Positions 1 to 11,221 of a stretch of DNA of 64,000 nucleotides are shown one piece after another; within the stretch, counting starts at the first letter, position 1; each line of letters starts with the position of its first letter. A program made the position numbers and the translations under genes. This DNA comes from Bacilli bacterium (GTDB lineage: Bacteria > Bacillota_I > Bacilli_A > RF39 > UBA660), in NCBI GenBank assembly GCA_017432825.1, contig JAFRIJ010000011.1, forward strand, positions 34,591-98,590, given 5' to 3'. Below the pieces are notes generated by a model. That model was given only the letters and a program-made list of their open reading frames with translations, searched no databases and was not told the DNA's origin.

Positions 1-1
1 T

Positions 2-514
2 AATTTAGATAAAATTAAAATTGATAAGCTAATTAATACTAGTGATAAGAAGCTTACTATATTATCTAGAATATTATTAAATAAATTACTTAATAAGTAT
101 TATAATACTAGTTATTTTGATATTAATATTAAGTATAATAAATATAATAAACCTTATACAGATAATATTTGTTTTAATATTAGTCATTCTAATGATTATG
201 CATGTGCGGTTGTTAGTAATAAGAATGTTAGTATAGATATTGAATTAATTAGAAATAATACTGATATAATTAATTATGTTTGTACTGATAGAGAATTTGA
301 TTATATTAATAAATCTATAAATAAATATAAATCTTTATTTACTATCTTTTGCCTTAAGGAAGCCTATTTTAAAATGATTGGTACTGGTATAGATAATCTT
401 AAAGATATAGAGTTTACTTTTAATAATAAAGATATTATCTGTAATAAAGGTAATTTTAATATTATAATTGATTATTCTATCGATAATTATGTAATTTGTA
501 TTATAGAAGAATAA
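2..514 (+). CDS. 4'-phosphopantetheinyl transferase (Sfp/AcpS superfamily), 3' partial (N-terminus lies outside the window)
   Basis: An open frame from position 2 to a TAA at 512-514. It is absent from the ORF track because it contains no start codon. The translation carries the PPTase motifs ...FNISHSNDYACAVVS...VSIDIELIR... and ...FCLKEAYFKMIGTGI..., matching G-x-D / (V/I)G(I/V)D / W-x-KEA-x-K. Confidence 0.6.
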   Translation, partial: NLDKIKIDKLINTSDKKLTILSRILLNKLLNKYYNTSYFDINIKYNKYNKPYTDNICFNISHSNDYACAVVSNKNVSIDIELIRNNTDIINYVCTDREFDYINKSINKYKSLFTIFCLKEAYFKMIGTGIDNLKDIEFTFNNKDIICNKGNFNIIIDYSIDNYVICIIEE

Positions 515-566
515 CTTTATTCTTTATATTATTATATATCATATTTTATATTTTTTCTACATAAAA

Positions 567-588
567 ATAAGCACTTTTTAGTGCTTAT
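567..588. terminator. Bidirectional rho-independent terminator between the PPTase gene (+) and htrA (-)
   Basis: A 9-bp stem ataagcact/agtgcttat with a tttt loop, flanked by an A-run on the 5' side and a T-run on the 3' side. It overlaps the htrA stop codon. Confidence 0.4.
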
Positions 589-1736
589 TTATTTTCTTGT
601 AATGTTACATTTGTTGTTTCTTCTTTATTATTTCTAATATAAGTTATTTTTACTTTATCATTTGGTTTATGTTTATATAATTCATATCTAAATTTGGCTA
701 GGCTTGATACTTTGTTATCATCTATTTTAGTTATTATATCCCCCTTTTGTAATCCTGATACTGAGGCTGGAGAATTATCTTCTACTTTATATATTGCTAC
801 TCCTTCAGTAATGTTATCTGGAAGTAATATTCCAGCTTGCCATAGATAATAACTATTTGTTAGATCTAGCATGCTTATTCCTATATATGGTCTTGCTACT
901 TTTCCTGTTTCCTCTATAGTTTTAGCAAATTCTATAGCGTCTTCTATTGGTATAGCAAAGCCCATTCCTTCTATTGTATTATCTACTAATTTCATATTAG
1001 TAATACCTATTACTTCACCATTGGTATTACAAATAGGTCCACCACTATTTCCAGGGTTTATAGCAGCATCTGTTTGTAATACTTTCATATAGTAGTCTGA
1101 TACTTGAGTATTGGATAATGCAACTGCTACTAATCTATCTTTTCCTGATAATATTCCTTTTGTTACTGTTCCAGCATAGTCAGATCCTTCTGGAGAACCT
1201 ACGGTAAAGACGGTATCTCCTACTTTAGTTTTATTACTTTCTCCCATGGTTGCTGATACTATTTTATCAGAATCTTTTACTGTTAATACTGCTATATCTG
1301 AATATGTATCTGTTCCCACTAATGTCGTTTCTAATTCTTCTCCGCTTGTAAATAATACTTTTACTTTATCACTATTTGCTACTACGTGATTATTTGTCAT
1401 AATATAGGCTTTATCATCGGCTTTTTTATAAACAAATCCTGTACCAGTTGATGCAAGATTATCTTTTTGATAAGATTCAACAACTACTACTGCATCATAT
1501 ATTTTACCTACTGCTGTAGATATGGAATTTGTTTCATTTAATTTTATTGTACTTGTAGTTATTCCATTATCTGTAGTAGCGCCACTTCCATTACTTTTTA
1601 AGATTAATGCAGCTCCTAATAATCCGCTTATTAGTGATAGTATTATTACTAGTATTATAAAATTTCCTTGATTTATTTTATTGTTTTTATTTGGTACTTT
1701 TTTTATTTCTTCTTCTATTATTTTTTCTTCTTTCAT
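585..1736 (-). CDS. htrA: HtrA/DegP-family trypsin-like serine protease with a C-terminal PDZ domain and an N-terminal membrane anchor
   Basis: Catalytic motifs TNNHVV (His), D, and GNSGGP (Ser). The PDZ-like stretch is GLQKGDIITKIDDNKV. There is one N-terminal TM segment. Confidence 0.85.
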   Translation of the reverse strand: MKEEKIIEEEIKKVPNKNNKINQGNFIILVIILSLISGLLGAALILKSNGSGATTDNGITTSTIKLNETNSISTAVGKIYDAVVVVESYQKDNLASTGTGFVYKKADDKAYIMTNNHVVANSDKVKVLFTSGEELETTLVGTDTYSDIAVLTVKDSDKIVSATMGESNKTKVGDTVFTVGSPEGSDYAGTVTKGILSGKDRLVAVALSNTQVSDYYMKVLQTDAAINPGNSGGPICNTNGEVIGITNMKLVDNTIEGMGFAIPIEDAIEFAKTIEETGKVARPYIGISMLDLTNSYYLWQAGILLPDNITEGVAIYKVEDNSPASVSGLQKGDIITKIDDNKVSSLAKFRYELYKHKPNDKVKITYIRNNKEETTNVTLQENK

Positions 1737-1776
1737 ATTTCCTCCTTCGATGTTATTATAGATTTCTTTTCTTGAA

Positions 1777-2412
1777 TTAATCTTGAATTATTTTCTTTTT
1801 TTCTATTGTTCTTATAAATATTATTAAATATATTATAGTTAAGCTTATTCCTACTACTACATCACTACAATAATGTACCCCTAAGTATATTCTACTTATA
1901 CCTATTCCTATTATTATTAAGCTATTTAGTATTATTGAAATGATTTTTAGTGTTTTGTTTTTTATTAATTTATATGATAAATATATCAATAATCCATAGA
2001 AAGCTGTACTTCCCATAGCGTGACCGCTTGGAAAGCTAAATCCACCTATTTCTATTAATCTAAATCCTGTCGGTCTTGGTCTTTGAAATATAAATTTTAA
2101 TATTTGATTTATTATTGCAATAATACCTAGATTAATTGGTATAAGTGAGGCTGTTTTTATATTTTTTCTTAATGAAATTATTATAGTTAATAATATTGCT
2201 ATTAATATTATTATACTGGTATTACTTAACTTTGTTATGAATTTCATTATAGGGGTTAGGGTATCATTCCTTAATTTTAAAACTATTAATTCATATGCAT
2301 ATTTATCAATTAATAATTCTTTATTAATGGTTAGTTTTGTAGTTATTATTGTTATAATTAGTATTAATAAAACAATTATTATTGATATTGCATAATATTT
2401 CTTTTTTTTCAT
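1777..2412 (-). CDS. PAP2-family membrane phosphatase (PgpB / undecaprenyl-diphosphatase-like)
   Basis: PAP2 signature KFIFQRPRP, FPSGHA and SRIYLGVHYCSDV; multiple TM helices. Confidence 0.8.
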   Translation of the reverse strand: MKKKKYYAISIIIVLLILIITIITTKLTINKELLIDKYAYELIVLKLRNDTLTPIMKFITKLSNTSIIILIAILLTIIISLRKNIKTASLIPINLGIIAIINQILKFIFQRPRPTGFRLIEIGGFSFPSGHAMGSTAFYGLLIYLSYKLIKNKTLKIISIILNSLIIIGIGISRIYLGVHYCSDVVVGISLTIIYLIIFIRTIEKKKIIQD

Positions 2413-2469
2413 GTTTCACCTACTATAATATTATATCATAAAAAGAGATTTATGGTTAATAAATCTCTT

Positions 2470-4566
2470 CTATTTTTGAAATTGAGAATTATATAAATCT
2501 GCATAGAAACCTTTTTTCTTTAATAATTCTTGGTGTGTTCCTTGCTCTATTATATTTCCTTCATTCATTACTAATATTAAGTCTGCATTTTTTATTGTTG
2601 ATAATCTATGAGCAATAATAAATGATGTTTTACCTTCCATTAGTTTATCCATTGCTTTTTGTACTAATTCTTCTGTTCTGGTATCTACATTTGATGTTGC
2701 CTCATCTAATATTAAGAATGGTGCATCTTCTATCATTCCTCTTGTTATTGTAAGTAATTGTTTTTGTCCTGATGATATGGAATCATTATCTCCCACCATG
2801 GAATCTAATCCTCCTGGTAGTGTTTTAATAAAATGATCTACTCCTACTATTTTACATATTTTCCATATTTCTTCGTCAGTAATATCCTTTTTATTAAATT
2901 TTAGATTATCTCTAATTGTTCCTTCAAATAGCCATGTATCTTGTAATACCATTACAAATAAATCATGAATGTTTTCTCTTTTTAGTTCTTTTATTGTTTT
3001 ACCATCTATTAAAATATCACCTGAATTAATATCATAGAATTTCATTAATAAGTTTACCATGGTTGTTTTTCCTGCTCCGGTTGGACCTACTATTGCTATT
3101 TTTTCTCCTTTATTTACTTTAGCACTGAAATCTTTAATTATTGTTCTAGATTCATCATAACCAAATTTTACATTTTTAAATTCTATATTCCCTTTGGCAT
3201 CTTTTTTTTCAATTTTTTCTTTTAAATTAGATTCATCAGTCATTTCTTTTTCATCCATTAATTCGAATACTCTTTCTCCGGCTGCTGCTATAGATTGCAT
3301 TGTTGTCATTGCTTGAGCTATTCTTGTTAATGGATTTGTAAATAGTCTTATATATATCATAAATGCTACTATTGTTCCAAATGATGTTTTATGATTCATT
3401 ACTAATAGGGCACCTACTACACATACTGCTACATATCCAAAATTACCTACAAAACTCATTATTGGTTGCATTATGCCAGATAGGAATTGGCTTTTTCTAT
3501 TACAATTATATAGTTTTTCATTTATATTATCAAATTCTTTTCTTGCTTGTTCTTCACCATTATAGGCTTTTACTACATTGTGTCCCGAATATATTTCTTC
3601 AATATGTCCATTTAACTTTCCTAATTCTTTTTGTCTTTGAATAAAGTATTTTTGTGATCTTTTTAATAAGAAGAAAGAAAATATAAATCCTAGAATACTT
3701 GATGCTATAGCAGTTAAAGCCATTATCCAATTGGTTACAAACATCATTATAATTGAACCTAAGAATAGTGTTATATTTGTTATTAGAGATGTTATATTAT
3801 CACTCATATTTATTCCAATGGTATCTACATCATTTGTTACTCTTGATAATACATCACCTACTTCATGTGAATCAAAATATCTTAGTGGTAATTTATTTAT
3901 TTTAATACTTATTTCTTTTCTTAATCTTTTTGAATATCCTATTCCTACATATGCCATAATTAATCCTTCAATATATCCAAATAATGAATTTAATAAGTAT
4001 ATTATTGCTAAGATTAATGATCTTTTATGTAGTTCTTTTATATTTAGTTTTGGTTCAACTAATTTTTTTATTGATTTAGGCATTTTTTCTAATTTAATTA
4101 TGTATTCTTCTGTTACCATTGTTTCATCTATTGATGATGTTAACTCTATAAATTTAATTTGATCACTTACGGATATTATTTTATTTTTTATACTTATTGG
4201 TGTTAGTATTGATTCTTTTTCTTCTATGCTTAAATTATTAAATTCTGTAATAATTTGTTTTATACTATCTTTATTATTATAATCTATAGTTACTTTCTTT
4301 TTTAGTTGATAATTTACTATGGTGTTTTTATATATATTTTCAGATATTAACTGAATATTTTCTGTATTTGGCTTTATGCCATCGCTTATTACATTTGTTA
4401 CATCTGATAGTTTATTGGGAGCTATTGTTGATAATATGGCTGCTATCATTGCTAATATTGAAGCTATTATTAGTAGGTAACGCCACTCTTCTAGGCTTTT
4501 AAATAACCTTATGATGGTACCTTTAAAATCTTTTACTTTTTCTTCTACATGATTATGTCTAGGCAT
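2470..4566 (-). CDS. ABC exporter, fused permease-ATPase; the subunit of a heterodimeric exporter with the canonical ATPase site. It carries an extracytoplasmic insertion of about 150 aa after TM1.
   Basis: Walker A GPTGAGKTT, signature LSGGQKQ, Walker B LILDEATS, H-loop. The long hydrophilic loop between TM1 and TM2 resembles the BmrCD type. Confidence 0.85.
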   Translation of the reverse strand: MPRHNHVEEKVKDFKGTIIRLFKSLEEWRYLLIIASILAMIAAILSTIAPNKLSDVTNVISDGIKPNTENIQLISENIYKNTIVNYQLKKKVTIDYNNKDSIKQIITEFNNLSIEEKESILTPISIKNKIISVSDQIKFIELTSSIDETMVTEEYIIKLEKMPKSIKKLVEPKLNIKELHKRSLILAIIYLLNSLFGYIEGLIMAYVGIGYSKRLRKEISIKINKLPLRYFDSHEVGDVLSRVTNDVDTIGINMSDNITSLITNITLFLGSIIMMFVTNWIMALTAIASSILGFIFSFFLLKRSQKYFIQRQKELGKLNGHIEEIYSGHNVVKAYNGEEQARKEFDNINEKLYNCNRKSQFLSGIMQPIMSFVGNFGYVAVCVVGALLVMNHKTSFGTIVAFMIYIRLFTNPLTRIAQAMTTMQSIAAAGERVFELMDEKEMTDESNLKEKIEKKDAKGNIEFKNVKFGYDESRTIIKDFSAKVNKGEKIAIVGPTGAGKTTMVNLLMKFYDINSGDILIDGKTIKELKRENIHDLFVMVLQDTWLFEGTIRDNLKFNKKDITDEEIWKICKIVGVDHFIKTLPGGLDSMVGDNDSISSGQKQLLTITRGMIEDAPFLILDEATSNVDTRTEELVQKAMDKLMEGKTSFIIAHRLSTIKNADLILVMNEGNIIEQGTHQELLKKKGFYADLYNSQFQK

Positions 4567-6319
4567 TTTCTAATTCCTCCTCACTTAATTGCGATAAGGC
4601 AATTTCTTTATATACAGCACATTTTTTTAACAATTCTTTGTGAGTACCAATTCCTACACATTTTCCTTTATCTAGTACTACTATTTTATCAGCATTCATT
4701 ATTGTTCCTATTCTTTGAGCTACTATCATACTTGTTGCATTTTTTGTATATTTTTTTAATTCTTTTCTTAATTTAGCATCTGTTTGATAATCTAGAGCAC
4801 TAAATGAATCATCAAATATATATATTTCTGGATCTCTTGCTATGGCTCTTGCTATAGATAATCTTTGTTTTTGTCCTCCACTAACATTAGTTCCTCCTCT
4901 TGATATATTTGAATCATATTGTTTATCCATTTTTTCTACAAATTCTTTTCCTTGTGCTATTTCTATAGCTTCTTTTATTTTTTCTATTGATGGTTTTTTC
5001 TTACCATTATCACCATATGATACATTATATTTTACACTTCCTGTAAACATAACTGCTGTTTGAGGAATATAACCTATTTTATTGTTTAATGTTTTTGTGT
5101 CATACTCCTTTACATTTATTCCGTCAACTAAAACTTCTCCATCTGTAGCGTCATATAATCTTGGTACTAGGTTAATTAGTGTAGATTTTCCGCTTCCTGT
5201 ACTTCCAATGAAGGCTATTGTTTCTCCTTTATTTACTTTAAATGATATGTTTTTCAATATATATTCATCGGCATCTGGATATTTAAAGCTTACATCTTTA
5301 AATTCTATTGTTCCTGTTTCTTTTGTTTCACCTTTAAATGTACCATTTTTTATTAATATTTCACTTTCTAATACTTCATTTATACGTTTTGCTGATACTT
5401 GTGCTCTTGGTAAAATCATAAATATCATTGTTAGCATTAAGAATGATATTATTACTTGCATTCCATAGCTAGAGAATACTACCATATTACTAAATGTATT
5501 TATTTTTTCCATCATACCGCTTCTAATTATTAAGTATGCTCCAACAAAGTATATTCCTAAGTGTTGGAAGTGCATTACAAAATTCATAGTTGGATCCATT
5601 AAAGCAAATGTTTTTGTTATTTTTAAATGTACTCCTGTTAATTCATCATTGATAGTATTAAATCTATTTTGTTCAAATTTTTCGGCATTAAATGCATGTA
5701 CTACTCTAATACCTGTTATGTTTTCTCTTGTTACACCATTAATTTTATCAGTTAGTTTTTGTATTATAGCAAATCTAGGTGATACTGTTTTAATAATAAA
5801 GATATTAGTTAAAACTATTATTATTACTCCAGCTCCTGTTACTAAGCTTAATTCTCCACTTTTACCTATTATTTTTAATAATGCCCATATTGACATTATT
5901 GGAGCTTTTATTAAAAGCTGTAATCCCATACTTAGTAGCATTTCTATTTGGGTTACATCATTGGTTGTTCTTGTTATTAGACTCGGTGTAGAGAATTTTT
6001 TTATTTCTGCTATACCAAAGTTTTCTACTTTACTAAATATTTTTCTTCTAATTGATTTAGAAAACCTTGCTGATAATAGTGAGGTACAAAATCCTACTGA
6101 TATTGTACATAGTAAACTACCTATAGCACATATTAGCATATGAGTTCCTGCATTAATAATACTTTTCATTGTACTGTCTTCTGTTTGAACTAATCTGGTT
6201 ATTTCACTCATATATTCTGGCATTTTTAAATCAAGAAATACGGAAAATATTACTAATAATATTACAATAAATATTATTAATAAATCTTTTTTTGTTAGAT
6301 TTTTGAATAGTTTTATCAT
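4559..6319 (-). CDS. ABC exporter, fused permease-ATPase; the partner subunit with a degenerate catalytic site
   Basis: Walker A GSTGSGKST, signature VSGGQKQR, Walker B IYIFDDSFSALD (Asp replaces the catalytic Glu). It overlaps the downstream partner gene by 8 nt. Confidence 0.85.
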   Translation of the reverse strand: MIKLFKNLTKKDLLIIFIVILLVIFSVFLDLKMPEYMSEITRLVQTEDSTMKSIINAGTHMLICAIGSLLCTISVGFCTSLLSARFSKSIRRKIFSKVENFGIAEIKKFSTPSLITRTTNDVTQIEMLLSMGLQLLIKAPIMSIWALLKIIGKSGELSLVTGAGVIIIVLTNIFIIKTVSPRFAIIQKLTDKINGVTRENITGIRVVHAFNAEKFEQNRFNTINDELTGVHLKITKTFALMDPTMNFVMHFQHLGIYFVGAYLIIRSGMMEKINTFSNMVVFSSYGMQVIISFLMLTMIFMILPRAQVSAKRINEVLESEILIKNGTFKGETKETGTIEFKDVSFKYPDADEYILKNISFKVNKGETIAFIGSTGSGKSTLINLVPRLYDATDGEVLVDGINVKEYDTKTLNNKIGYIPQTAVMFTGSVKYNVSYGDNGKKKPSIEKIKEAIEIAQGKEFVEKMDKQYDSNISRGGTNVSGGQKQRLSIARAIARDPEIYIFDDSFSALDYQTDAKLRKELKKYTKNATSMIVAQRIGTIMNADKIVVLDKGKCVGIGTHKELLKKCAVYKEIALSQLSEEELENA

Positions 6320-6431
6320 TATATACCTTCTTTCTTTAATTTTTATATGATATATATTTATAAAAAATACTATTTTTGATTATACTATTTTATTAATATA
6401 TTTGTCAATTATATAATAAAAAAAATAATAC

Positions 6432-7109
6432 TTAATGTATTATTTTTTCATTATAAATTCTTACTCTTTTTTTTGTTTTATCATTATTCTTAATTTCTAT
6501 TTTCTTTTTTTCATCTTCTATTTTTATTTCATAATTATATTCTGCTAGGTTATATTTTGGATCATAATAATAATCTTCATCATCTTCTAATTTGAACGGA
6601 TTTATGTGTACTTCTCCAGATTGATAATAATCAATACAATCTAAATTGAATAAAATAAGAGAATTAATACTAAATCTATCTAAATTTTCTTTTAATACCC
6701 AATCACTTGTTAGTCTTGTTAGAGTATCGATATTTACAAAAATTCCATCATAATCTACACTTAGATCTTCGTAAGAGAATTTTTTTCCACTATTATGTGG
6801 ATAATTATTTATTAAATAAGCATATTGTTCTGGAGTTTCCAATCTAAATATTTTAGCAACTTCTTTTAATGAAACTAAAGTACATGGTTGGATAAAAATT
6901 TCATTATTTTTACTTTTGTGTCTTAAAGTATATGGATGTTCAATTAAATAATCTATCCAACGATTATATGTTAAATTTTCATTTTGTTCTGATAGCCATA
7001 GTCCACCTCTTGGTTTTAAAGCATTAAAATTTTCTACATCTTCTACTTCATATAGCATATTATTTTTTAATTCTTTTGTTCCTACTGTCAAATATTTCAT
7101 GCTATTCAC
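6432..7109 (-). CDS. Hypothetical protein, 225 aa, no family recognised
   Basis: A long ORF with a contains-KPRGGLWLSE segment and an acidic Tyr-rich C-terminal half. No TM segment. Confidence 0.45.
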   Translation of the reverse strand: MNSMKYLTVGTKELKNNMLYEVEDVENFNALKPRGGLWLSEQNENLTYNRWIDYLIEHPYTLRHKSKNNEIFIQPCTLVSLKEVAKIFRLETPEQYAYLINNYPHNSGKKFSYEDLSVDYDGIFVNIDTLTRLTSDWVLKENLDRFSINSLILFNLDCIDYYQSGEVHINPFKLEDDEDYYYDPKYNLAEYNYEIKIEDEKKKIEIKNNDKTKKRVRIYNEKIIH

Positions 7110-7168
7110 CTTCTTTTTTACGTCGAGTTATATAATAGCACTATTTGTAATAAAATTCAAGTTTCATT

Positions 7169-8494
7169 TTAGTTTTTGATTATTTCACCATTTGAATCTA
7201 TTTTAATTTTATTTTCTGAATAGTTAATTATGTTATTTATTACTTTATTTTTTTCATTATCTTTTAATAAGAATGTATATTCATCTTTTTGATGAGCAGG
7301 AATTATATAATGCTTGAAATTTCCTTCATTATCTATTAATAGTTTATATATCATTGTATCTTTATCTTCATCATTAAAAATAAAATCACCTAGGTTATAA
7401 ATTATAGCTTTATCTTTATAAAAATCTATTCCTTGTAATACGTGAGCATGTGTTCCTACTATTAGGTCTGCTCCTGCATCTATATATGTTTTAGATGTAT
7501 CTATTTGAACTTGTTCTAATTCATGTGAATCTTCTTTCCCCCAATGTATAAGTGCAATTAAAAAATCACTTTCTTTTTTTGTTTTAGTTATTAATTCTGT
7601 AAATAGTGTTGGGTCATAGCATCTTAATACTCCTGGTTCTGTATCTGTTGCTTCTGGAGTTAAAATATTTTTTTCTGATCTATTAGCGTTTATAAAAGAT
7701 ATTTTATAACCATTTGTTATGAAATAATATGGAGTACTTGCTTCACTTATATTTTTTCCTGCTCCTATATGTGGTATTTTATAATTATCAAATGATTCTA
7801 ACATATCTAGGAATGCATATTCACCAAAATCGTAGACGTGATTATTTGCTAATGTTACTAAGTCTATTCCCATTTCATTATATATTGGTAATCTTTCTGG
7901 TTTTGCTCTAAATGTATAATATTTATTAGGCATTTTTTCTCCTCTATTACTTACTGTAAATTCACTATTAGCAACTGAAAGAGTTGATTTTGTTAATTCA
8001 TCTACTACTTCTTCACTTAGTATTCCTAATATTTTTTTATTTCTTTCATCATATTTAGGTGCTATATACCAGTTATCAGCTAAAGAAACATCTCCTATAA
8101 AATTAATCGTTATTTCTTTGTTATTTTCTTTTTTTATTGTTATATTAGTCATATTATCATATTTATTATTATATAAATCTTGTAATACTATTAAAGAGTT
8201 TCCTGTTATTTTATGCCATATATTTTCATTATATTCGTTATCTTTTAAATAATTATCTATTTTAGGTATTGAATCTTTATAATTATTACTTATCCATTTA
8301 AGAAATGATTCATCTATATTATTTATATTATGTGATAAGATATTATTTATTATTTCTTTATCATTACTCTTTTTTTGTGGTTTAGATTGATTTAGGTTTA
8401 TTTTTTTATATGCTAATAATGATAATATTATTATTGGTAATAAGAATATTAATATCTTTACTTTTCTTTTTAGTTTTCTTTTTTTTCTTACCAT
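7169..8494 (-). CDS. CapA/PGA_cap-family metallophosphatase-like protein (poly-gamma-glutamate capsule synthesis type), membrane-anchored
   Basis: N-terminal basic stretch followed by a TM helix. It has the FIGDVSLADNWY segment and HWGKE/GTHAH motifs typical of CapA-like proteins. Confidence 0.65.
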   Translation of the reverse strand: MVRKKRKLKRKVKILIFLLPIIILSLLAYKKINLNQSKPQKKSNDKEIINNILSHNINNIDESFLKWISNNYKDSIPKIDNYLKDNEYNENIWHKITGNSLIVLQDLYNNKYDNMTNITIKKENNKEITINFIGDVSLADNWYIAPKYDERNKKILGILSEEVVDELTKSTLSVANSEFTVSNRGEKMPNKYYTFRAKPERLPIYNEMGIDLVTLANNHVYDFGEYAFLDMLESFDNYKIPHIGAGKNISEASTPYYFITNGYKISFINANRSEKNILTPEATDTEPGVLRCYDPTLFTELITKTKKESDFLIALIHWGKEDSHELEQVQIDTSKTYIDAGADLIVGTHAHVLQGIDFYKDKAIIYNLGDFIFNDEDKDTMIYKLLIDNEGNFKHYIIPAHQKDEYTFLLKDNEKNKVINNIINYSENKIKIDSNGEIIKN

Positions 8495-8521
8495 ATTATC
8501 ACCTATATAAATTATATTTAT

Positions 8522-8830
8522 TTATTCTTTAATTGTAAAGTAGGTATTTATTTTTAAATCTTTAAACGTGTCTAATGGTAGTAATATTGTTTTTGTAGCA
8601 TTTTCATTTTCAAATATAGTGTTTTCATGCATTTCTTTTTTTATGGATAATATTTTATAATTTTCATCTGTCATTATTACATCTATTCTTTGTTTGTTTT
8701 GGATGGAACTATAACTATTACATTCATTTATAATAATTGCATAATATAATTTCTGATATTTATATTTCATTATTGTTTCGTTATATGTATTAGTTACTGA
8801 TATTTCTTTATTATTATAAATTAATTTCAT
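8522..8830 (-). CDS. Hypothetical small protein, 102 aa
   Basis: ORF only. It lies between the capA-like gene and xfp. No recognisable motifs. Confidence 0.35.
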   Translation of the reverse strand: MKLIYNNKEISVTNTYNETIMKYKYQKLYYAIIINECNSYSSIQNKQRIDVIMTDENYKILSIKKEMHENTIFENENATKTILLPLDTFKDLKINTYFTIKE

Positions 8831-8859
8831 TTTACTCCTTTAAAAAGACAACTAGTATT

Positions 8860-11196
8860 CTAATTGTCTTCCCATTTCCAATTGATTATTTCAGGCATAT
8901 CTTTACCAAATTCTTCAATATATTGTTTGTGCATTACTAGTTTGTCTTGACATATTTGGTTTAGAATTGCACCTCTATTACCTAATTTAGGTAATCTTTT
9001 TAATGCTGATAATACTAAATGATATCTATCTATTTCATTTTGTACTCTCATGTCAAATGGTGTAGTTATTGTCCCTTCTTCTTGATATCCATGAACGTGT
9101 AAATCTTGATTATGTCTATTGTATGTTAATTGATGTATTAAATGTGGGTATCCATGAAAGGCAAATATTATTGGTTTATCTTTTGTAAATATAGCATCAT
9201 AAGCATCATCACTTAATCCATGAGGATGTACTTGTTCACTTTGTAATCTCATTAAATCTACTACATTAACTACTCTTATTTTTATTTCTTTAAAATGTTC
9301 TCTTAGTATTGAGGTTGCTGCTAAAACTTCTAATGTTGGGGTGTCTCCACAGCAAGCAAATACTATATCTGGTTCATTTCCTTCATCATTGCTAGCCCAC
9401 TTCCAGATTCCTATTCCTTCTGTACAATGAATTACTGCTTCTTCCATTGTTAACCATTGCGGTCTAGGATGTTTAGATGCTACTATAACATTTATATAAT
9501 CTTTACTTCTTATGCAATGATTAAAACAAGATAATAAGCAATTTGTATCTGGTGGAAGATATATTCTAGTAATATCTGCTTTTTTGGTTACCACGTGATT
9601 TAAGAATCCTGGATCTTGATGAGTATATCCATTATGATCCTGTTGCCATACATGTGATGTTAATATGTAATTTAGGGATGATATTTTATTTCTCCATGGT
9701 AATTCTTTGGATACTTTTAACCATTTAGCATGTTGACTTGCCATTGAATCTACTATTCTTATAAATGCTTCGTAGCTAGTAAAAAATCCATGTCTTCCTG
9801 TTAATAAATATCCTTCTAATAAACCTTGACATACGTGTTCTGATAAAATAGAATCTATTACTACCCCATCAGCATCTAAAAATTCATCATTATCTATTTT
9901 TTTAGCATTCCATTTTCTATTGGTTATTTCAAACACATGATTTAATCTATTTGATGCTGTTTCATCTGGAGCAAATATTTTAAAGTTTCTTTTTTCTTTA
10001 TTTAATTCTATTATGTCCTTAATATATCTACCTAATTCTGTCATATCGCTTGCTTCAACACTTCCGTGCTTTTTGAATGATAAACCATATTTTCTGAAGT
10101 CAGGGACATTTAGTTCTTTTAATAATTTACCACCATTAGCAATAGGATTTGCTCCCATTCTTTGATTTCCTATTGGGGATAAATCTTTTAATTCTTGAAT
10201 TAGTTTTCCATTTTTATCAAATAATTCTTCTGGATGATAGCTTTTTAACCATTTTTCTAATTCTTTTAGATTATCTGGATTGGTATTTGGATCAAGTGGT
10301 ATTTGATGTGCTCTAAAGGATCCCTCTATTATTTTTCCATCTATTTCTTTTGGTCCTGTCCATCCTTTTGGTGTTCTTAATATTACTATTGGCCATTGTG
10401 GTCTTTTAGTTATTTTTTTATACTTTATGTCTTGTATTCTTTCTATTATTTCATCTAATGTTTCTGCCATTTTTTTATGCATTTTTTCTGGTTCATCACC
10501 TTCTACATAATATGGTAGATATCCACATCCTCTAAAGAAATCATCTAATTCTAAATCGGTTACTCTAGAAAAAATAGTAGGATTGGCTATTTTATATCCA
10601 TTTAGATGAAGTATTGGTAATACAACTCCATCTGTTTTAGGATTTATTATTTTATTTATTTGCAAGGATGCTTGCAATGGTCCTGTTTCTAATTCACCAT
10701 CTCCAATTACACAAGCTGCTATTAAATCAGGATTATCCAAAACTGCTCCGTAAGCATGTGCTAGACTATATCCTAATTCCCCACCTTCATTTATTGATCC
10801 AGGTGTTTCAGGTGCTACATGTGAAGATATTCCACCAGGAAATGAAAATTGTTTAAATAGTTTTTTTAAGCCTTCTTCATCTTCTGTTATAGTTGGATAT
10901 ACTTCACTGTATGTTCCTTCTAAATATGTATTTGCTACTATAGCTTCTCCACCATGTCCTGGTCCTGATATATATATCATATTTAAATCATATTTTTTTA
11001 TTATTCTATTTAAGTGAGCATAGATAAAATTTTGTCCTGGAGCAGTTCCCCAATGACCTACTATTTTTGGTTTAATATCTTTAATAGATAATGGTCTTTT
11101 TAATAAGGGGTTATCTAGTAGATATAATTGTCCTACTGATAAGTAGTTAGCTGCTCTAAAATAAGCATCTATTTTCTTTAATTCTTTATTATCCAT
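8860..11196 (-). CDS. xfp: Xylulose-5-phosphate / fructose-6-phosphate phosphoketolase
   Basis: N-terminal [21 protein letters not shown]...[11 protein letters not shown]...SGPGHGG and a 778-aa length are diagnostic of Xfp. A strong RBS, aaggagg, lies upstream. Confidence 0.9.
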   Translation of the reverse strand: MDNKELKKIDAYFRAANYLSVGQLYLLDNPLLKRPLSIKDIKPKIVGHWGTAPGQNFIYAHLNRIIKKYDLNMIYISGPGHGGEAIVANTYLEGTYSEVYPTITEDEEGLKKLFKQFSFPGGISSHVAPETPGSINEGGELGYSLAHAYGAVLDNPDLIAACVIGDGELETGPLQASLQINKIINPKTDGVVLPILHLNGYKIANPTIFSRVTDLELDDFFRGCGYLPYYVEGDEPEKMHKKMAETLDEIIERIQDIKYKKITKRPQWPIVILRTPKGWTGPKEIDGKIIEGSFRAHQIPLDPNTNPDNLKELEKWLKSYHPEELFDKNGKLIQELKDLSPIGNQRMGANPIANGGKLLKELNVPDFRKYGLSFKKHGSVEASDMTELGRYIKDIIELNKEKRNFKIFAPDETASNRLNHVFEITNRKWNAKKIDNDEFLDADGVVIDSILSEHVCQGLLEGYLLTGRHGFFTSYEAFIRIVDSMASQHAKWLKVSKELPWRNKISSLNYILTSHVWQQDHNGYTHQDPGFLNHVVTKKADITRIYLPPDTNCLLSCFNHCIRSKDYINVIVASKHPRPQWLTMEEAVIHCTEGIGIWKWASNDEGNEPDIVFACCGDTPTLEVLAATSILREHFKEIKIRVVNVVDLMRLQSEQVHPHGLSDDAYDAIFTKDKPIIFAFHGYPHLIHQLTYNRHNQDLHVHGYQEEGTITTPFDMRVQNEIDRYHLVLSALKRLPKLGNRGAILNQICQDKLVMHKQYIEEFGKDMPEIINWKWEDN

Positions 11197-11221
11197 ATTG
11201 CCTCCTTATTCTTTTTAAAAC

